Shown piece by piece: positions 37,261 to 47,450 of a DNA stretch of 64,000 bases. The stretch is from an uncultured Gammaproteobacteria bacterium. GTDB lineage: Bacteria > Patescibacteriota > Patescibacteriia > Patescibacteriales > UBA12465. The notes below the pieces were generated by a model that was not told where the DNA came from, did no database searches, and was given only the letters and a program-made list of their open reading frames with translations. The translations under genes were made by a program, and so were the position numbers. The stretch covers positions 401,997 through 465,996 of the forward strand of contig CAYYDR010000001.1 of assembly GCA_964470695.1 (NCBI GenBank), written 5' to 3'. Within the stretch, counting starts at the first letter, position 1; each line of letters starts with the position of its first letter.

Positions 37261-38367
37261 ATGCTAAATCATCTCAAGGTTTATTTAAAGAATTTTGATT
37301 GGATATTATTTTCCGCCGTTTTGCTTTTGGTGGTTTTTGGCTTAGTGGAAATATATAGTGTAGCCTTGGGGCAAGGGAACTTAAATTTACTAAATTTCCA
37401 GAAGCAGATAGTGATGGCGGGGGCGGGTTTTTTTCTTTTGTTTGTCTTTGCTTTAATTGATTCTTATTTTTTGAAAAGCTTAAGCCGTTATTTTTATTTT
37501 TTAGCTATTTTAATATTATCGCTAGTTCTTATTTTCGGCTCAACTATTAGAGGGACTAAGGGCTGGTTTTCGGTGTTCGGTTTTGGCTTGCAGCCGGTAG
37601 AATTTGTTAAGATAGTTTTAATTTTGTTTTTAGCTAATTTTTTTTCTAATCTCGCCACCAAAATAAAAACGGTTCGCCATTTTATTACTTCCGCTTTAAG
37701 TGTCTTTCTCTTAGTAGCACTCGTCCTCTTCCAGCCGGACTTTGGCTCAGCTTTAATTCTAAGCGCCATTTGGTTGGTAATGATTATGGCGGCCGGATTT
37801 GATAAAAAATATTTTTTACTCATAGGCCTGACTACCATTATTTTATTTATTATCGCCTGGTTTTTTCTATTTAAGGATTATCAGAAGGAAAGAATAATGA
37901 ACTTTTCTAATCCCGGCGCCAATGCCCAGGAGTCCGGCTATAATATATCTCAGGCGATAATTGCGGTCGGCTCAGGCGGTCTAATCGGCAAGGGGGTCGG
38001 TTTCGGTTCCCAATCTCAGTTAAAATTTCTGCCCGAAGCGCAAACTGACTTTATTTTTGCAGTGGTAGCTGAGGAATTAGGGTTTTTGGGCGTTAGTCTA
38101 ATTTTAGGCTTTTATTTGATATTTTTTATCCGCTGTTTTAAAGTTTTGCCTAAAATTAACAATGATTTCGGGATATATTTCCTGATTGGCGCTGGAGGCT
38201 TGATTTTTATTCAAATGTTTATTAATATTGGTATGAACCTGGGAATAATGCCGGTAGTCGGCTTGCCCCTGCCTTTTATCAGTTATGGCGGCAGTTCCTT
38301 GGTTTCTCTGTTAATTCTGGTCGGAATAATAGAGAATATTATTATTAAGTCAAAAATCAGTTATTAA
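37261..38367 (+). CDS. SEDS-family peptidoglycan glycosyltransferase (FtsW/RodA/SpoVE)
   Basis: Ten TM helices. 'QPVEFVKI', 'QPDFGSALI', 'LPEAQTDFIFAVVAEELGF' and 'PLPFISYGGSS'. Confidence 0.85.
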   Translation: MLNHLKVYLKNFDWILFSAVLLLVVFGLVEIYSVALGQGNLNLLNFQKQIVMAGAGFFLLFVFALIDSYFLKSLSRYFYFLAILILSLVLIFGSTIRGTKGWFSVFGFGLQPVEFVKIVLILFLANFFSNLATKIKTVRHFITSALSVFLLVALVLFQPDFGSALILSAIWLVMIMAAGFDKKYFLLIGLTTIILFIIAWFFLFKDYQKERIMNFSNPGANAQESGYNISQAIIAVGSGGLIGKGVGFGSQSQLKFLPEAQTDFIFAVVAEELGFLGVSLILGFYLIFFIRCFKVLPKINNDFGIYFLIGAGGLIFIQMFINIGMNLGIMPVVGLPLPFISYGGSSLVSLLILVGIIENIIIKSKISY

Positions 38368-38385
38368 GCTAAAATTAAAAAAGAT

Positions 38386-39027
38386 ATGGAAATTAAATTA
38401 GCGGCTCAACTACGCGAGAAAAATGAAAAAATCAGTGTAGATTTGATCCCGGCCGTTCTATACGGCAAGGGTTTAGAAAATAAGAATTTAAAGCTCAAGA
38501 AGGTAGAATTTGAAAAAGCTTTCAAGGCGGCTGGCGAATCTAATCTAATTGATTTGGATTTTGGTTCTGGCCCAGTAAAAGTTCTTGTCAAAGATGTCCA
38601 GCATGATGTCATGAAGAATTTTTATACCCACGCCGATTTTTATCAGGTTAACATGAAAGAAAAAATTACAACTGAAGTGCCTTTGCATTTTGTCGGCGAG
38701 TCTAAAGCGATTAAGGAATTGGGCGGCACTTTAATTAAAGATATGGACTCTTTGGAGGTAGAATGTTTGCCAAGCGATTTAGTTGATCATATTGATGTTG
38801 ATATTTCTGTTTTGAATACTTATGATGATGCTATCCGCGTTAATGATTTGACCCTGCCTAAGGGCATCGTTTTAGTCCACCATACTAATGATATGGTTGC
38901 GGCTGTTAAGGAGCCTAGAGTGGAAGTAGAAGAGCCAGTTAAGACCGAGGCTGCTCCAGTAGCTGGCGCCCCAGCGGCTGGCGCCCCAGCGGCTGCCGAT
39001 GCTAAGAAGCCGGAAGCTAAAAAGTAA
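38386..39027 (+). CDS. rplY: 50S ribosomal protein L25/Ctc
   Basis: 'IPAVLYGKG...' and 'VQHDVMKNFYTHADF'. The C-terminal tail is A/P/K-rich. Confidence 0.85.
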   Translation: MEIKLAAQLREKNEKISVDLIPAVLYGKGLENKNLKLKKVEFEKAFKAAGESNLIDLDFGSGPVKVLVKDVQHDVMKNFYTHADFYQVNMKEKITTEVPLHFVGESKAIKELGGTLIKDMDSLEVECLPSDLVDHIDVDISVLNTYDDAIRVNDLTLPKGIVLVHHTNDMVAAVKEPRVEVEEPVKTEAAPVAGAPAAGAPAAADAKKPEAKK

Positions 39028-39042
39028 TTTTTAAATAGTTAT

Positions 39043-39073
39043 AAAAAGCCCCGATTTATTCGGGGCTTTTTTG
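39043..39073. terminator. Bidirectional intrinsic terminator
   Basis: Stem AGCCCCG/CGGGGCT flanked by an A-run and a T-run. Confidence 0.75.
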
Positions 39074-39095
39074 TTTATTGCGATTGGTTAATATT

Positions 39096-40013
39096 TCAGT
39101 TAATACTGTTAATGATTACCAGCCGATTTTTTTTAGCTAAATCTTTTTTTATAACCGCCTGTGCTTGTGGTAGTATTTTTTTTGCTAGCATAATAATCGG
39201 TCGTGATTGGCCAGGATCTATTTCGCATAATATCCTAAAAGAGAAATTTTGTTTTTTGAGGACGCTGGATAATTCTTGAAATAACTGACGGTAATATTTT
39301 AGGCCGTCCCGGCCGCCGTCTAGCGCCAAGCGTGGTTCGCGGCTGATGCTCGGTGATTTTTTAATTTGCGCCGGAGTTAAGTAGGGAAGATTGGCTGCAA
39401 TTATCAGGGTTTGTCTGGTTAGTTTTTTCGTTTCTAATTTTAAGGGAGCTAATAGACTGCCATGATAAAACTTTATTTTAGAATTTAATTCATGGGTTTT
39501 GGCATTCTGCTTGGCAATTTTAAGAGCGGTGGCGGAAATATCAACAGCCGATAGTTTTATATTTTTAAACTGAATAGGGAAGAGGCGTCTTATTTCGCTG
39601 CCAGTCGCGCTTATAATGGCGCCGGAGCCGGTACCGAGATCAATGATATGGGGAATGGCGCGTTGCTCGCTAACGTTATTAGTGCGCCCTTTAACCATTT
39701 CAATAATCTCATCAACAATCATTTCCGTTTCTGGTCTGGGCATAAGGACGGCGGGAGTAACTTTAAAGTTTAAGCCATAAAATTCTTTGCTTCCTATTAA
39801 ATAGGCAATCGGCCAGTTTTTTAGACGTTTTTTCTCTAGTTCCTTAAATTTTTTATAAATCGCTAGGCTGATTGAAGTCTCGGGATGAGTCATTAAAAAT
39901 TCCCGTCTTTTTCCTAATAGAAAAGAAATTAGAATTTCGGTCTCTAATCTAGGCAGGGAAGATTCTTTAAAAATTAGGCTAATGTTATGAATATTTTTAG
40001 CTAATTTAGACAT
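39096..40013 (-). CDS. prmC: Release-factor glutamine N5-methyltransferase PrmC/HemK
   Basis: AdoMet motif 'IIDLGTGSGAI'. The catalytic tetrad reads NLPY rather than the usual NPPY. It lies downstream of prfA. Confidence 0.75.
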   Translation of the reverse strand: MSKLAKNIHNISLIFKESSLPRLETEILISFLLGKRREFLMTHPETSISLAIYKKFKELEKKRLKNWPIAYLIGSKEFYGLNFKVTPAVLMPRPETEMIVDEIIEMVKGRTNNVSEQRAIPHIIDLGTGSGAIISATGSEIRRLFPIQFKNIKLSAVDISATALKIAKQNAKTHELNSKIKFYHGSLLAPLKLETKKLTRQTLIIAANLPYLTPAQIKKSPSISREPRLALDGGRDGLKYYRQLFQELSSVLKKQNFSFRILCEIDPGQSRPIIMLAKKILPQAQAVIKKDLAKKNRLVIINSIN

Positions 40014-40028
40014 CTTAATATAGTAGTT

Positions 40029-41078
40029 TTATTTTCCAGTCACTTCCGCTCGGGCGGCTTTCTTTAAAGATAAAACCATCTCGTCTATTTCTCCATCCAT
40101 AATTCTCGGAATGCTATGCCAAGACATATTGATTCTATGGTCAGTGACTCTATCCTGGGGGAAATTATAGGTGCGGACTTTATCGGCTCTATCGCCAGCG
40201 CCAACTTGGGTTGCATGGGCAGTAGAACTAGCTAAGCGTCTTTCGTCTTCTTGACGGGCCAAGAGACGTGAGCGCAAGACCTGGAAAGCTCTTTCTTTAT
40301 TCTGATGCTGCGACCGTTCGGTCTGCGAGCTGACCATAATTCCGGTTGGGATATGGACTAAGCGGACAGCGGAATAAGTCGTGTTAACGCTCTGGCCGCC
40401 CGGACCGCTGGAGCAGAAAGTATCAATTCTAACATCGCCAGCCTTAATTTCAATATCCACCTCCTCGGCCTCAGCTAAGACGACGACAGTGGCGGTTGAA
40501 GTATGAACGCGGCCTTGCTTTTCGGTCTCTGGTACCCTTTGGACGCGGTGCGTGCCCGCCTCAAATTTTAATAAGCCATAGGCGCCATCGCCCTTAACTT
40601 CAAAAATTATTTCTTTGTAGCCGCCTATACCGATAACGTTGGAGTCTATTAGGGCTAATTTCCAGCCGCGGCGCTCGCAGTAGCGCGAATACGTCCGGAA
40701 TAAGTCACCAGCGAAAAGAGCCGCTTCGTCTCCGCCCGTACCGGCTCTGATTTCTAAAATAGCATTCTTTTTATCATTAGGGCTGGAGGGATGGATTTCC
40801 TCGTCTATTTCTTCTTTAAGTTTTTCTTCGCGTTCAGTTAGTCCAGCCATCTCTAGTTGCGCCATTTCTTTAAGCTCGCCGTCCTCATTAGAAATTATTT
40901 CACTGTTTTGTTTAATATTATCAGTAACTTTTTCCAATTCTAAAATCAGCGCCATGGCTTTTTTGAGGCCGGCGTGTTCTTGGGAAATTTTAATTAATTC
41001 TTTTTGGTCGCTGATTACGGCTGAGTCCATCAGTTTTTTCTCTAAGTCAGCGAATTTTGTCTTAATATCGTCGTACAT
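40029..41078 (-). CDS. prfA: Peptide chain release factor 1
   Basis: 'HRVQRVPETEKQGRVHTS' is the RF1 PxT region, and 'SGPGGQSVNTT' carries the GGQ motif. Confidence 0.92.
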   Translation of the reverse strand: MYDDIKTKFADLEKKLMDSAVISDQKELIKISQEHAGLKKAMALILELEKVTDNIKQNSEIISNEDGELKEMAQLEMAGLTEREEKLKEEIDEEIHPSSPNDKKNAILEIRAGTGGDEAALFAGDLFRTYSRYCERRGWKLALIDSNVIGIGGYKEIIFEVKGDGAYGLLKFEAGTHRVQRVPETEKQGRVHTSTATVVVLAEAEEVDIEIKAGDVRIDTFCSSGPGGQSVNTTYSAVRLVHIPTGIMVSSQTERSQHQNKERAFQVLRSRLLARQEDERRLASSTAHATQVGAGDRADKVRTYNFPQDRVTDHRINMSWHSIPRIMDGEIDEMVLSLKKAARAEVTGK

Positions 41079-41200
41079 ATGGGGGCGCGCTTTATAAGGC
41101 GCTTTTAGCTTAAATAAGATTTATATAATAAAAAACAACTGGCCTTAGAACAATTTTAGCATAAAAATGCCAAAATTAAAGCCAGCTGTTTTTATAAAAG

Positions 41201-41536
41201 CTATTTTTTGTTCAATTTGACTTGGGCGATCTTCTTCAGATCTTTAGTCTTAACGACCACTTCTTTCTTAGCGCGAACTTCAGCGCGGGCGGCTCGCTTA
41301 ACTTTCTTACCTTTCTTAGTCGGAGCAACTTTGTCCTTAGCTGTAACTTTAGCTGTATATTTCTCAACGCGGCGGGCAGTATCAACTAACTTCTGCTTAC
41401 CAGTATAGAAAGGATGACAGGCGGAACATAGTTCAACCTTAATCTCCGGTTCTGTTGAGCCAGTTAAAAAGCTATTGCCACAAACGCAGGAAACCTTGCA
41501 TTCTGGGTAATACTTAGGATGGGTGTCTTTTTTCAT
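41201..41536 (-). CDS. rpmE: 50S ribosomal protein L31 (Zn-ribbon type) with a basic C-terminal extension
   Basis: '[10 protein letters not shown]...CVCGNS...[13 protein letters not shown]', followed by a ~45-aa K/A/V-rich tail. Confidence 0.85.
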   Translation of the reverse strand: MKKDTHPKYYPECKVSCVCGNSFLTGSTEPEIKVELCSACHPFYTGKQKLVDTARRVEKYTAKVTAKDKVAPTKKGKKVKRAARAEVRAKKEVVVKTKDLKKIAQVKLNKK

Positions 41537-41675
41537 ACCTTAGAGTTAAAAAAAATTTTATTGATTTTAAATAAAATTTCCTCTATTATTATTTAAGTTT
41601 ATTTTATGGTAAGATATTATCATAACTTTTAAATTTAATCAAGGGTTGGTATAATTCTCTTGGGCCCTTTAGTCT

Positions 41676-43145
41676 ATGAATAAAATCGGAAATATCGCGA
41701 AAAATACCTCATATTTGACCTTAGCTCTGATCTTGCAAAAGGTCATTTCTTTTACCTATTTTACCCTTTTGGCCCGTTATGTCGGTCCTGCCAGCCTTGG
41801 CAAGTACTATTTAGCCATCTCGCTCACTACTATTTTTGCTATTTTTATTGATTTAGGCTTCGCTAATGTCTTAACTAGGGAGATCGCTAAAGACGCTAGT
41901 AAGGCCGGACGCTGGCTAGGAAATATCCTAACCCTTAAACTTCCTTTATCGCTACTGGCTTTGCTAGTAGTTTTTTTGTTAATTAATATTTTGGATTACG
42001 ACCCTCTAACCCGTTCTTTAGTATATATCTCGGCCATTTCCATGGTTCTAGATTCATTCACATCAACTTTCTTCTCTTTAGTAAGGGGTTTTCATAATTT
42101 AAAATATGAGAGTATTTCTTCTGTCGTATTCCAGCTGATAGTGCTTGTCGCCGGTTATAGTGCCTTGCTCTTGGGCGGAGGCTTAATTCCGGCCATGGCA
42201 GCCCTAGCTTTAGCCAGTCTTTATAATTTTATATATTCTTGGGCCATTGTTAAATATCGTTTAAAAATTGCCGTCCGCTTGCTGTATGACAAACTGCTTA
42301 TTAAAGAGATTCTAATTATCAGCTGGCCTTTTGCCGCCTATGCTATTTTGCAGAGGCTATATACTTATTTAGACTCGGTTTTGTTGTCAGTTTTGGCCGG
42401 CGATGTTTATGTCGGCCTTTATCAGGTGGCGTTTAAGATTATTTTTGCCTTGCAGTTTTTGCCCATGGCTTTTACCGCTTCATTATATCCGGCCCTTAGT
42501 TCTTATTGGCATAATAATAGGGAGCAGCTGGTTATTTCTTTTGAAAGAGCTATGAATTATTTAATTATCATTTCTTTGCCGATTATTGTAGGAGCGATTG
42601 TTTTGGCTGACAAGATTATTCTTATCTTTAAATCTGGCTATGACGGCGCCGCCTGGCCGCTTAGAATTTCTATTATTTCTTTATTTTTTATTTTTGTTAA
42701 TTTTCCCATCGGTTCACTGCTTAACGCTTGCGATGCCCAGCGTAAAAACACTAAGAATATGGGTGTTGTAGCTATAGTTAGCATACTATTGAATTTTATC
42801 TTAATCCCCCAGTGGCAGGCGGCGGGAGCCAGTGTCACTGTTTTAGTTACTAATTTTTTGATGTTTATTCTAGGCTTATATCAAGTTAGAAAAATTATTG
42901 TTTACAAGGCGAGGAAAAATATTTTAACTTTCATGAAGGTCGCTCTGGCTTCTTTAATTATGGGGATCATAATTGGCCTTGGTAAAGCTTATTTAAATAT
43001 TTTTGTGACTACTATTTTAGGGGGAATCGTTTACTTTATCTTTTTATTTATTTTAGGCGGCTTTAGCCGCGCTGATATCTTAAGCGTTTATCAATCATTC
43101 CGGCGGGTAGATGCTTCTCCGGAAAAAATCAGCTCTGATATATGA
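41676..43145 (+). CDS. MOP/Wzx-type polysaccharide flippase
   Basis: About 14 TM helices with the 'polysaccharide biosynthesis protein' pattern at the N-terminus. Confidence 0.7.
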   Translation: MNKIGNIAKNTSYLTLALILQKVISFTYFTLLARYVGPASLGKYYLAISLTTIFAIFIDLGFANVLTREIAKDASKAGRWLGNILTLKLPLSLLALLVVFLLINILDYDPLTRSLVYISAISMVLDSFTSTFFSLVRGFHNLKYESISSVVFQLIVLVAGYSALLLGGGLIPAMAALALASLYNFIYSWAIVKYRLKIAVRLLYDKLLIKEILIISWPFAAYAILQRLYTYLDSVLLSVLAGDVYVGLYQVAFKIIFALQFLPMAFTASLYPALSSYWHNNREQLVISFERAMNYLIIISLPIIVGAIVLADKIILIFKSGYDGAAWPLRISIISLFFIFVNFPIGSLLNACDAQRKNTKNMGVVAIVSILLNFILIPQWQAAGASVTVLVTNFLMFILGLYQVRKIIVYKARKNILTFMKVALASLIMGIIIGLGKAYLNIFVTTILGGIVYFIFLFILGGFSRADILSVYQSFRRVDASPEKISSDI

Positions 43146-44239
43146 AAACCTTATTATTTACCTTAGAATTTCCGCCTTTTAATGGCGGCGTCGCTAACTA
43201 TTATGGCCATTTAGCTAGCTACTGGCCGATTGAAGAGCAACTGGTGGTCTTGAATAATAACCAGGGCGAATTGCTGTATAGCCAGGGCATGTTTGCCTGG
43301 CGTAAAGCATTTTGGGCTTTAGATAGGAGGGTGAAGAAAGGACAGATTGATTATGTCTTAGTCGGCCAAATATTGCCGCTCGGTACAGTCGCCTGGTTTT
43401 TATCGTTTTTCCGTCCTTTGCCATACGCAGTATTTTTACACGGTTTGGATTTTAGCTCCGCCCTCGCTTCTTGGCGCAAGAAGTTATTAGCCAGGTTAAT
43501 TTTAAGTCGGGCGGACAAGATTATCTGCGCTAATAGCTATGTGGCCTCCAAGGTTAATGAATTTTATGAAGCGGGAAAAGGAAAATTATCCATAGTTAAC
43601 CCAGGCATATTAAGCGGCGTGCCGCACGTTAGTCCGGGCGAGTTAGCGAATTTAGATCAAGAATATGGTATTGCTAATAAAACTATTATTTTCAGTTTAG
43701 GGCGCCTAGTGCGCCGTAAGGGCGTTGATCAGGCCATTAAGGCTATAACCACGATACCTGAGCCTTTAATCAATAATATACGTTATTTTATCGCTGGTAT
43801 TGGTCCGGAAGAAGAATATTTGCGTCGTTTAATCCCTCCGAAGTATAAGCAAAATATTATTTTTCTGGGGTCGCTGACAGAAATAGAAAAATGGCTATGG
43901 TTGAATCGGACTGATATTTTTTTAATGCCGGCCCGTGATATTGCCGGAGATTTTGAAGGTTTCGGTATTGTTTATTTAGAAGCGAATCTTTGCGGTAAGC
44001 CAGTCATTGCCGGACGAGCCGGCGGAGTCAGCGACGCCGTCGTTGATGGCCAAACCGGACTAATGGTTGATCCGGAAAATATTGAAGATATTAAGCGGGC
44101 TGTTTTGGAGCTGGTTAATGATCCGGAGCGCCGTAATCAATTAGGGAAACAGGGGCAGACCAGAGCCTTGGTAGAATTTAATTGGGAAAAACAAGTAGCT
44201 AAAGTAGCTTCCATTTTATTTTTTGATAATGAATCTTAA
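43142..44239 (+). CDS. Glycosyltransferase, GT-B fold (GT4-like)
   Basis: 'EGFGIVYLEANLCGKPVIAGRAGGVSDAV'. A 4-nt ATGA overlap with the upstream gene. Confidence 0.75.
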   Translation: MKTLLFTLEFPPFNGGVANYYGHLASYWPIEEQLVVLNNNQGELLYSQGMFAWRKAFWALDRRVKKGQIDYVLVGQILPLGTVAWFLSFFRPLPYAVFLHGLDFSSALASWRKKLLARLILSRADKIICANSYVASKVNEFYEAGKGKLSIVNPGILSGVPHVSPGELANLDQEYGIANKTIIFSLGRLVRRKGVDQAIKAITTIPEPLINNIRYFIAGIGPEEEYLRRLIPPKYKQNIIFLGSLTEIEKWLWLNRTDIFLMPARDIAGDFEGFGIVYLEANLCGKPVIAGRAGGVSDAVVDGQTGLMVDPENIEDIKRAVLELVNDPERRNQLGKQGQTRALVEFNWEKQVAKVASILFFDNES

Positions 44240-44248
44240 TTTATTTTT

Positions 44249-44950
44249 ATGATCTCTATAATTATTCCTGTTTATAACCAGGCGAAAAAATTAGCCCGGA
44301 CTTTAACTAGCATTTCCGGGCAGACTTATACTGATTATGAAGTTATTATTGTTAATGATGGTTCTCATGATGGACCGGAATTAGTTTTTTCTAATTTTTT
44401 TAAAAAATTAAAGGCTGATAACCGTTATTTATTTATTAATCAGTCTAATCAGGGTGCTCCCGCGGCGCGTAACCGCGGTGCTCAGGAGGCTCAGGGAGAA
44501 TTTTTATTTTTTTGCGACGCTGATTCTGATTTGAAGCCGGAAGCCCTGGCTGTAATGGTTGAGCAATTATCTAGCAATCCGACGATTAGCTATGTCTACC
44601 CGTCTTTTTATTGGGGGAAAAAATTATTTAAGGTAGGCGACTTTGATCCGGATAAATTAAAGCAGATGCCCTACATTCATACCATGGCCCTTATTAGAAA
44701 AGCGGATTTTCCCGCTTCTGGCTGGGATGAAAATATCAAAAAGTTTCAGGATTGGGATCTTTGGCTGACGATGCTGGAAAAAGGGAAGACTGGCCTCTGG
44801 ATACCGCAGGTATTATTTAGCATAGTGCCCGGCGGCCTTATCAGTTCCTGGCTTCCGTCTTTCGCCTATAAATTAATGCCCTGGCTTCCTAGCGTTAAAA
44901 AATACCAGACAGCGCTTAAGATAATTAAAACCAAACATGGCTTGGCCTAA
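44249..44950 (+). CDS. Glycosyltransferase family 2
   Basis: 'ISIIIPVYNQ', 'VIIVNDGSHDG' and 'FCDADS' (a DxD motif). Confidence 0.8.
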   Translation: MISIIIPVYNQAKKLARTLTSISGQTYTDYEVIIVNDGSHDGPELVFSNFFKKLKADNRYLFINQSNQGAPAARNRGAQEAQGEFLFFCDADSDLKPEALAVMVEQLSSNPTISYVYPSFYWGKKLFKVGDFDPDKLKQMPYIHTMALIRKADFPASGWDENIKKFQDWDLWLTMLEKGKTGLWIPQVLFSIVPGGLISSWLPSFAYKLMPWLPSVKKYQTALKIIKTKHGLA

Positions 44951-45440
44951 AAATAATCAAAGCGGCAGTTATCGGTCAATCTTTATTTTAGGAGGAATTT
45001 TTATTGCTTTTTTTGCCTTGTGGCCGTTAGTATATTTTAAATTATTTATTACCAGCCCTAAGCCAGCCGTACCGCTACCTCTGATTCAAAATATTAAGCT
45101 AGCGGGTTATAATATTAGAGCCGAGGTGGCTGTGACGGCCTCGGAAAGATATCAAGGGCTAAGTGACAGAGATTCTCTCTGCGCTGATTGCGGCATGCTT
45201 TTTAATTTTACCGATGACTCGGAAAAAAGTTTTGTAATGCGTAATATGAAGTTCCCCTTAGATATTATTTTTATAAATCAGGGGGAAATAAAAAAAATTG
45301 CCGCGAACTTATCCCCGGAAGGTGCGCGTCCGACCAAGTCTTATGATAGCGATGACCCGGCCACCCAGGTTTTAGAAGTAAACGCCGGTTACTGCGCTTC
45401 CCATAACATAAAGGTGGGCGATAGATTAGAATTAAATTAA
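44937..45440 (+). CDS. DUF192-family protein
   Basis: N-terminal TM helix. 'RYQGLSDRDSL...GMLF...FVMRNMKFPLDIIFI' fits DUF192. Confidence 0.65.
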   Translation: MAWPKNNQSGSYRSIFILGGIFIAFFALWPLVYFKLFITSPKPAVPLPLIQNIKLAGYNIRAEVAVTASERYQGLSDRDSLCADCGMLFNFTDDSEKSFVMRNMKFPLDIIFINQGEIKKIAANLSPEGARPTKSYDSDDPATQVLEVNAGYCASHNIKVGDRLELN

Positions 45441-45445
45441 TTATT

Positions 45446-46942
45446 ATGCCTCAATTTTCCCATAAGAAAATTATTTCCATTATCGCCTGTTTTTTAGCGA
45501 TTGAAATTTTGTCTTTCTTTAGTTTCAGCCAGCCTTTTTTAAATCAGTCTATTTTATTTATTATCGCTTTAGGAGTACTCGTCGCCTCAGTTTACCGTTT
45601 AGAATATGGCTTACTAGCGGTTTTAGGGGAGCTTTTCATTGGTTCCATGGGCCATCTTTTTTATTTTAATTGGTCGGGCCATATTATTGGCTTAAGAATT
45701 GTTATTTGGCTAGTGTTAATGCTGGTTTTCCTGGCCATAATTATTTATCAGGCTTTTAAACGGACGGGAAATGATTCTTATTGGTTAAGCTTTAAAAATT
45801 TTTCTGGCCGAAATTATTTTTTGATTCTGGCCACCTTTATCTGCCTAGCGGTGCTAAATGGCTTAATTCGTGGCCATAGCCTGGGCCTTGTTTTTTCTGA
45901 CTTTAACGCCTGGATTTATTTTTCACTTTTAGGACCGGTTATTGCGGTTTACGGCGGACGGGAAGAGGGCCGTCTAGGACGTTTATATAATTTATTTTTA
46001 GCAGCGGCCATTTGGCTGAGCCTTAAAACTTTAATTTTACTTTTTATTTTCACTCATGATTCGGCTTTGTCACCGGATATTTACTTATGGCTGCGTAAGA
46101 CCTTAGTCGGGGAAATGACGCCGACTAAGACCGGCTGGCCGCGCATATTTATCCAAGGGCAGATTTTTTCGGCCATCGCTTTTCTTCTGGTTTTCTGGCT
46201 TAACTCCGCTAAGTTGAAGTTGGACGGATTTTTTCAGCGCTCTAACATAACCGCGCTGACTCTGGCCGCCTTATTTCTAAGTTCAGTCTTAATTAGTTTT
46301 TCTCGTAGCTTCTGGTTAGCCTTAGTTAGTTCTTTAGCGCTTAGTTGTCTGCTTATTTGGCGCTTGTCATCTTTTAAAAAAGCGCTCGGTGCGGCCCTCT
46401 GGCTGATTGCTACTGGCGTAGTCAGTTTTTTAATGATGTATCTGGTCGTCGCCTGGCCCTATTTCCAATCGCAATCCGGAAATTTTAGCGCTGATTTTTT
46501 AGATAGAGTAAGTAATGGTAACGAAGCGGCCTTAGCTTCCCGCTGGTCTTTGCTGCCAGTATTAGCCGGCGAGATAAAGAAAGAGCCATTGCTAGGACAG
46601 GGCTATGGCGCGACTGTTACCTATTTTTCCCGTGATCCGCGCATTTTGCAGAATAATCCTAGCGGTGAATATACTACCTATGCTTTTGAATGGGGGTATT
46701 TAGATCTTTGGTTAAAGCTGGGTCTGCTGGGCTTGTTAGCCTATTTGCTATTGTTATTTAAACTTCTATTTACCGGCCTTAAGAGGGGGTTTAAAGAGAA
46801 AGATTATTTATTATTCGGCTTGACGTCAGGGCTATTATTCCTTATGATAACTAACGCTTTTACGCCTTATTTGAATCATCCCCTGGGAATAGGTTTTTTG
46901 CTCCTCGCCTCTTGTTTAATTTGGCTAAATAAAGTATATTAA
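45446..46942 (+). CDS. O-antigen ligase-like polytopic membrane protein
   Basis: More than 10 TM helices and a 'SFSRSFWLAL' Wzy_C-like segment. Confidence 0.6.
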   Translation: MPQFSHKKIISIIACFLAIEILSFFSFSQPFLNQSILFIIALGVLVASVYRLEYGLLAVLGELFIGSMGHLFYFNWSGHIIGLRIVIWLVLMLVFLAIIIYQAFKRTGNDSYWLSFKNFSGRNYFLILATFICLAVLNGLIRGHSLGLVFSDFNAWIYFSLLGPVIAVYGGREEGRLGRLYNLFLAAAIWLSLKTLILLFIFTHDSALSPDIYLWLRKTLVGEMTPTKTGWPRIFIQGQIFSAIAFLLVFWLNSAKLKLDGFFQRSNITALTLAALFLSSVLISFSRSFWLALVSSLALSCLLIWRLSSFKKALGAALWLIATGVVSFLMMYLVVAWPYFQSQSGNFSADFLDRVSNGNEAALASRWSLLPVLAGEIKKEPLLGQGYGATVTYFSRDPRILQNNPSGEYTTYAFEWGYLDLWLKLGLLGLLAYLLLLFKLLFTGLKRGFKEKDYLLFGLTSGLLFLMITNAFTPYLNHPLGIGFLLLASCLIWLNKVY

Positions 46943-46982
46943 TCATTATCAATCCTTAATTAATCCTTATAAAAATAAATTT

Positions 46983-47441
46983 ATGAACGAGCAAATCATT
47001 TCCCAAGAAGGCTATGATAAATTGAGAGATGAACTTAATTTGCTGTCAGTCGTTCGGCGCAAGGAGATTGCCGAAAGAATTGAGAGAGCTAAAGAGTTAG
47101 GTGATTTAAGCGAGAATGCCGAATATAGCGAAGCTAAAGACGCCCAGGCCCTGAATGAAGGAAGGGTCTTGGAGCTGACTAACACTTTAAAAAACGTCAC
47201 AGTGGTTGAAAACGGCCATTCCCATGATGAAGTATCAATGGGCTCTAAAGTAACGGTTAAGTCTGATAAAGGCGAAAAACAATATACTATAGTTAGTTTT
47301 AATGAAGCGGACCCGGTTAATGGAAAAATTTCTAATGAATCACCGCTCGGAGTGGCTTTTTTGCATAAGCATAAGGGGGATTCGGTTGAAGTGGAAACAC
47401 CGAAGGGAACCATGCATTATAAAATTACCAAGATAGACTAA
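46983..47441 (+). CDS. greA: Transcription elongation factor GreA
   Basis: 'RRKEIAERIERAKELGDLSENAEYSEAKDAQ' and a C-terminal FKBP-like domain. Confidence 0.9.
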   Translation: MNEQIISQEGYDKLRDELNLLSVVRRKEIAERIERAKELGDLSENAEYSEAKDAQALNEGRVLELTNTLKNVTVVENGHSHDEVSMGSKVTVKSDKGEKQYTIVSFNEADPVNGKISNESPLGVAFLHKHKGDSVEVETPKGTMHYKITKID

Positions 47442-47450
47442 TATAAACAT

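Noticed and set aside
47012-47413. A 133-aa antisense ORF covering greA. Similar antisense ORFs occur at 15210-15512 (lexA), 21301-21642, 37494-37838, 58062-58457 and 60253-60576.
   Set aside because: The sense-strand genes are unambiguous (GreA, LexA, sugar transferase, SEDS protein and others). The antisense translations are S/L-rich with no motifs.
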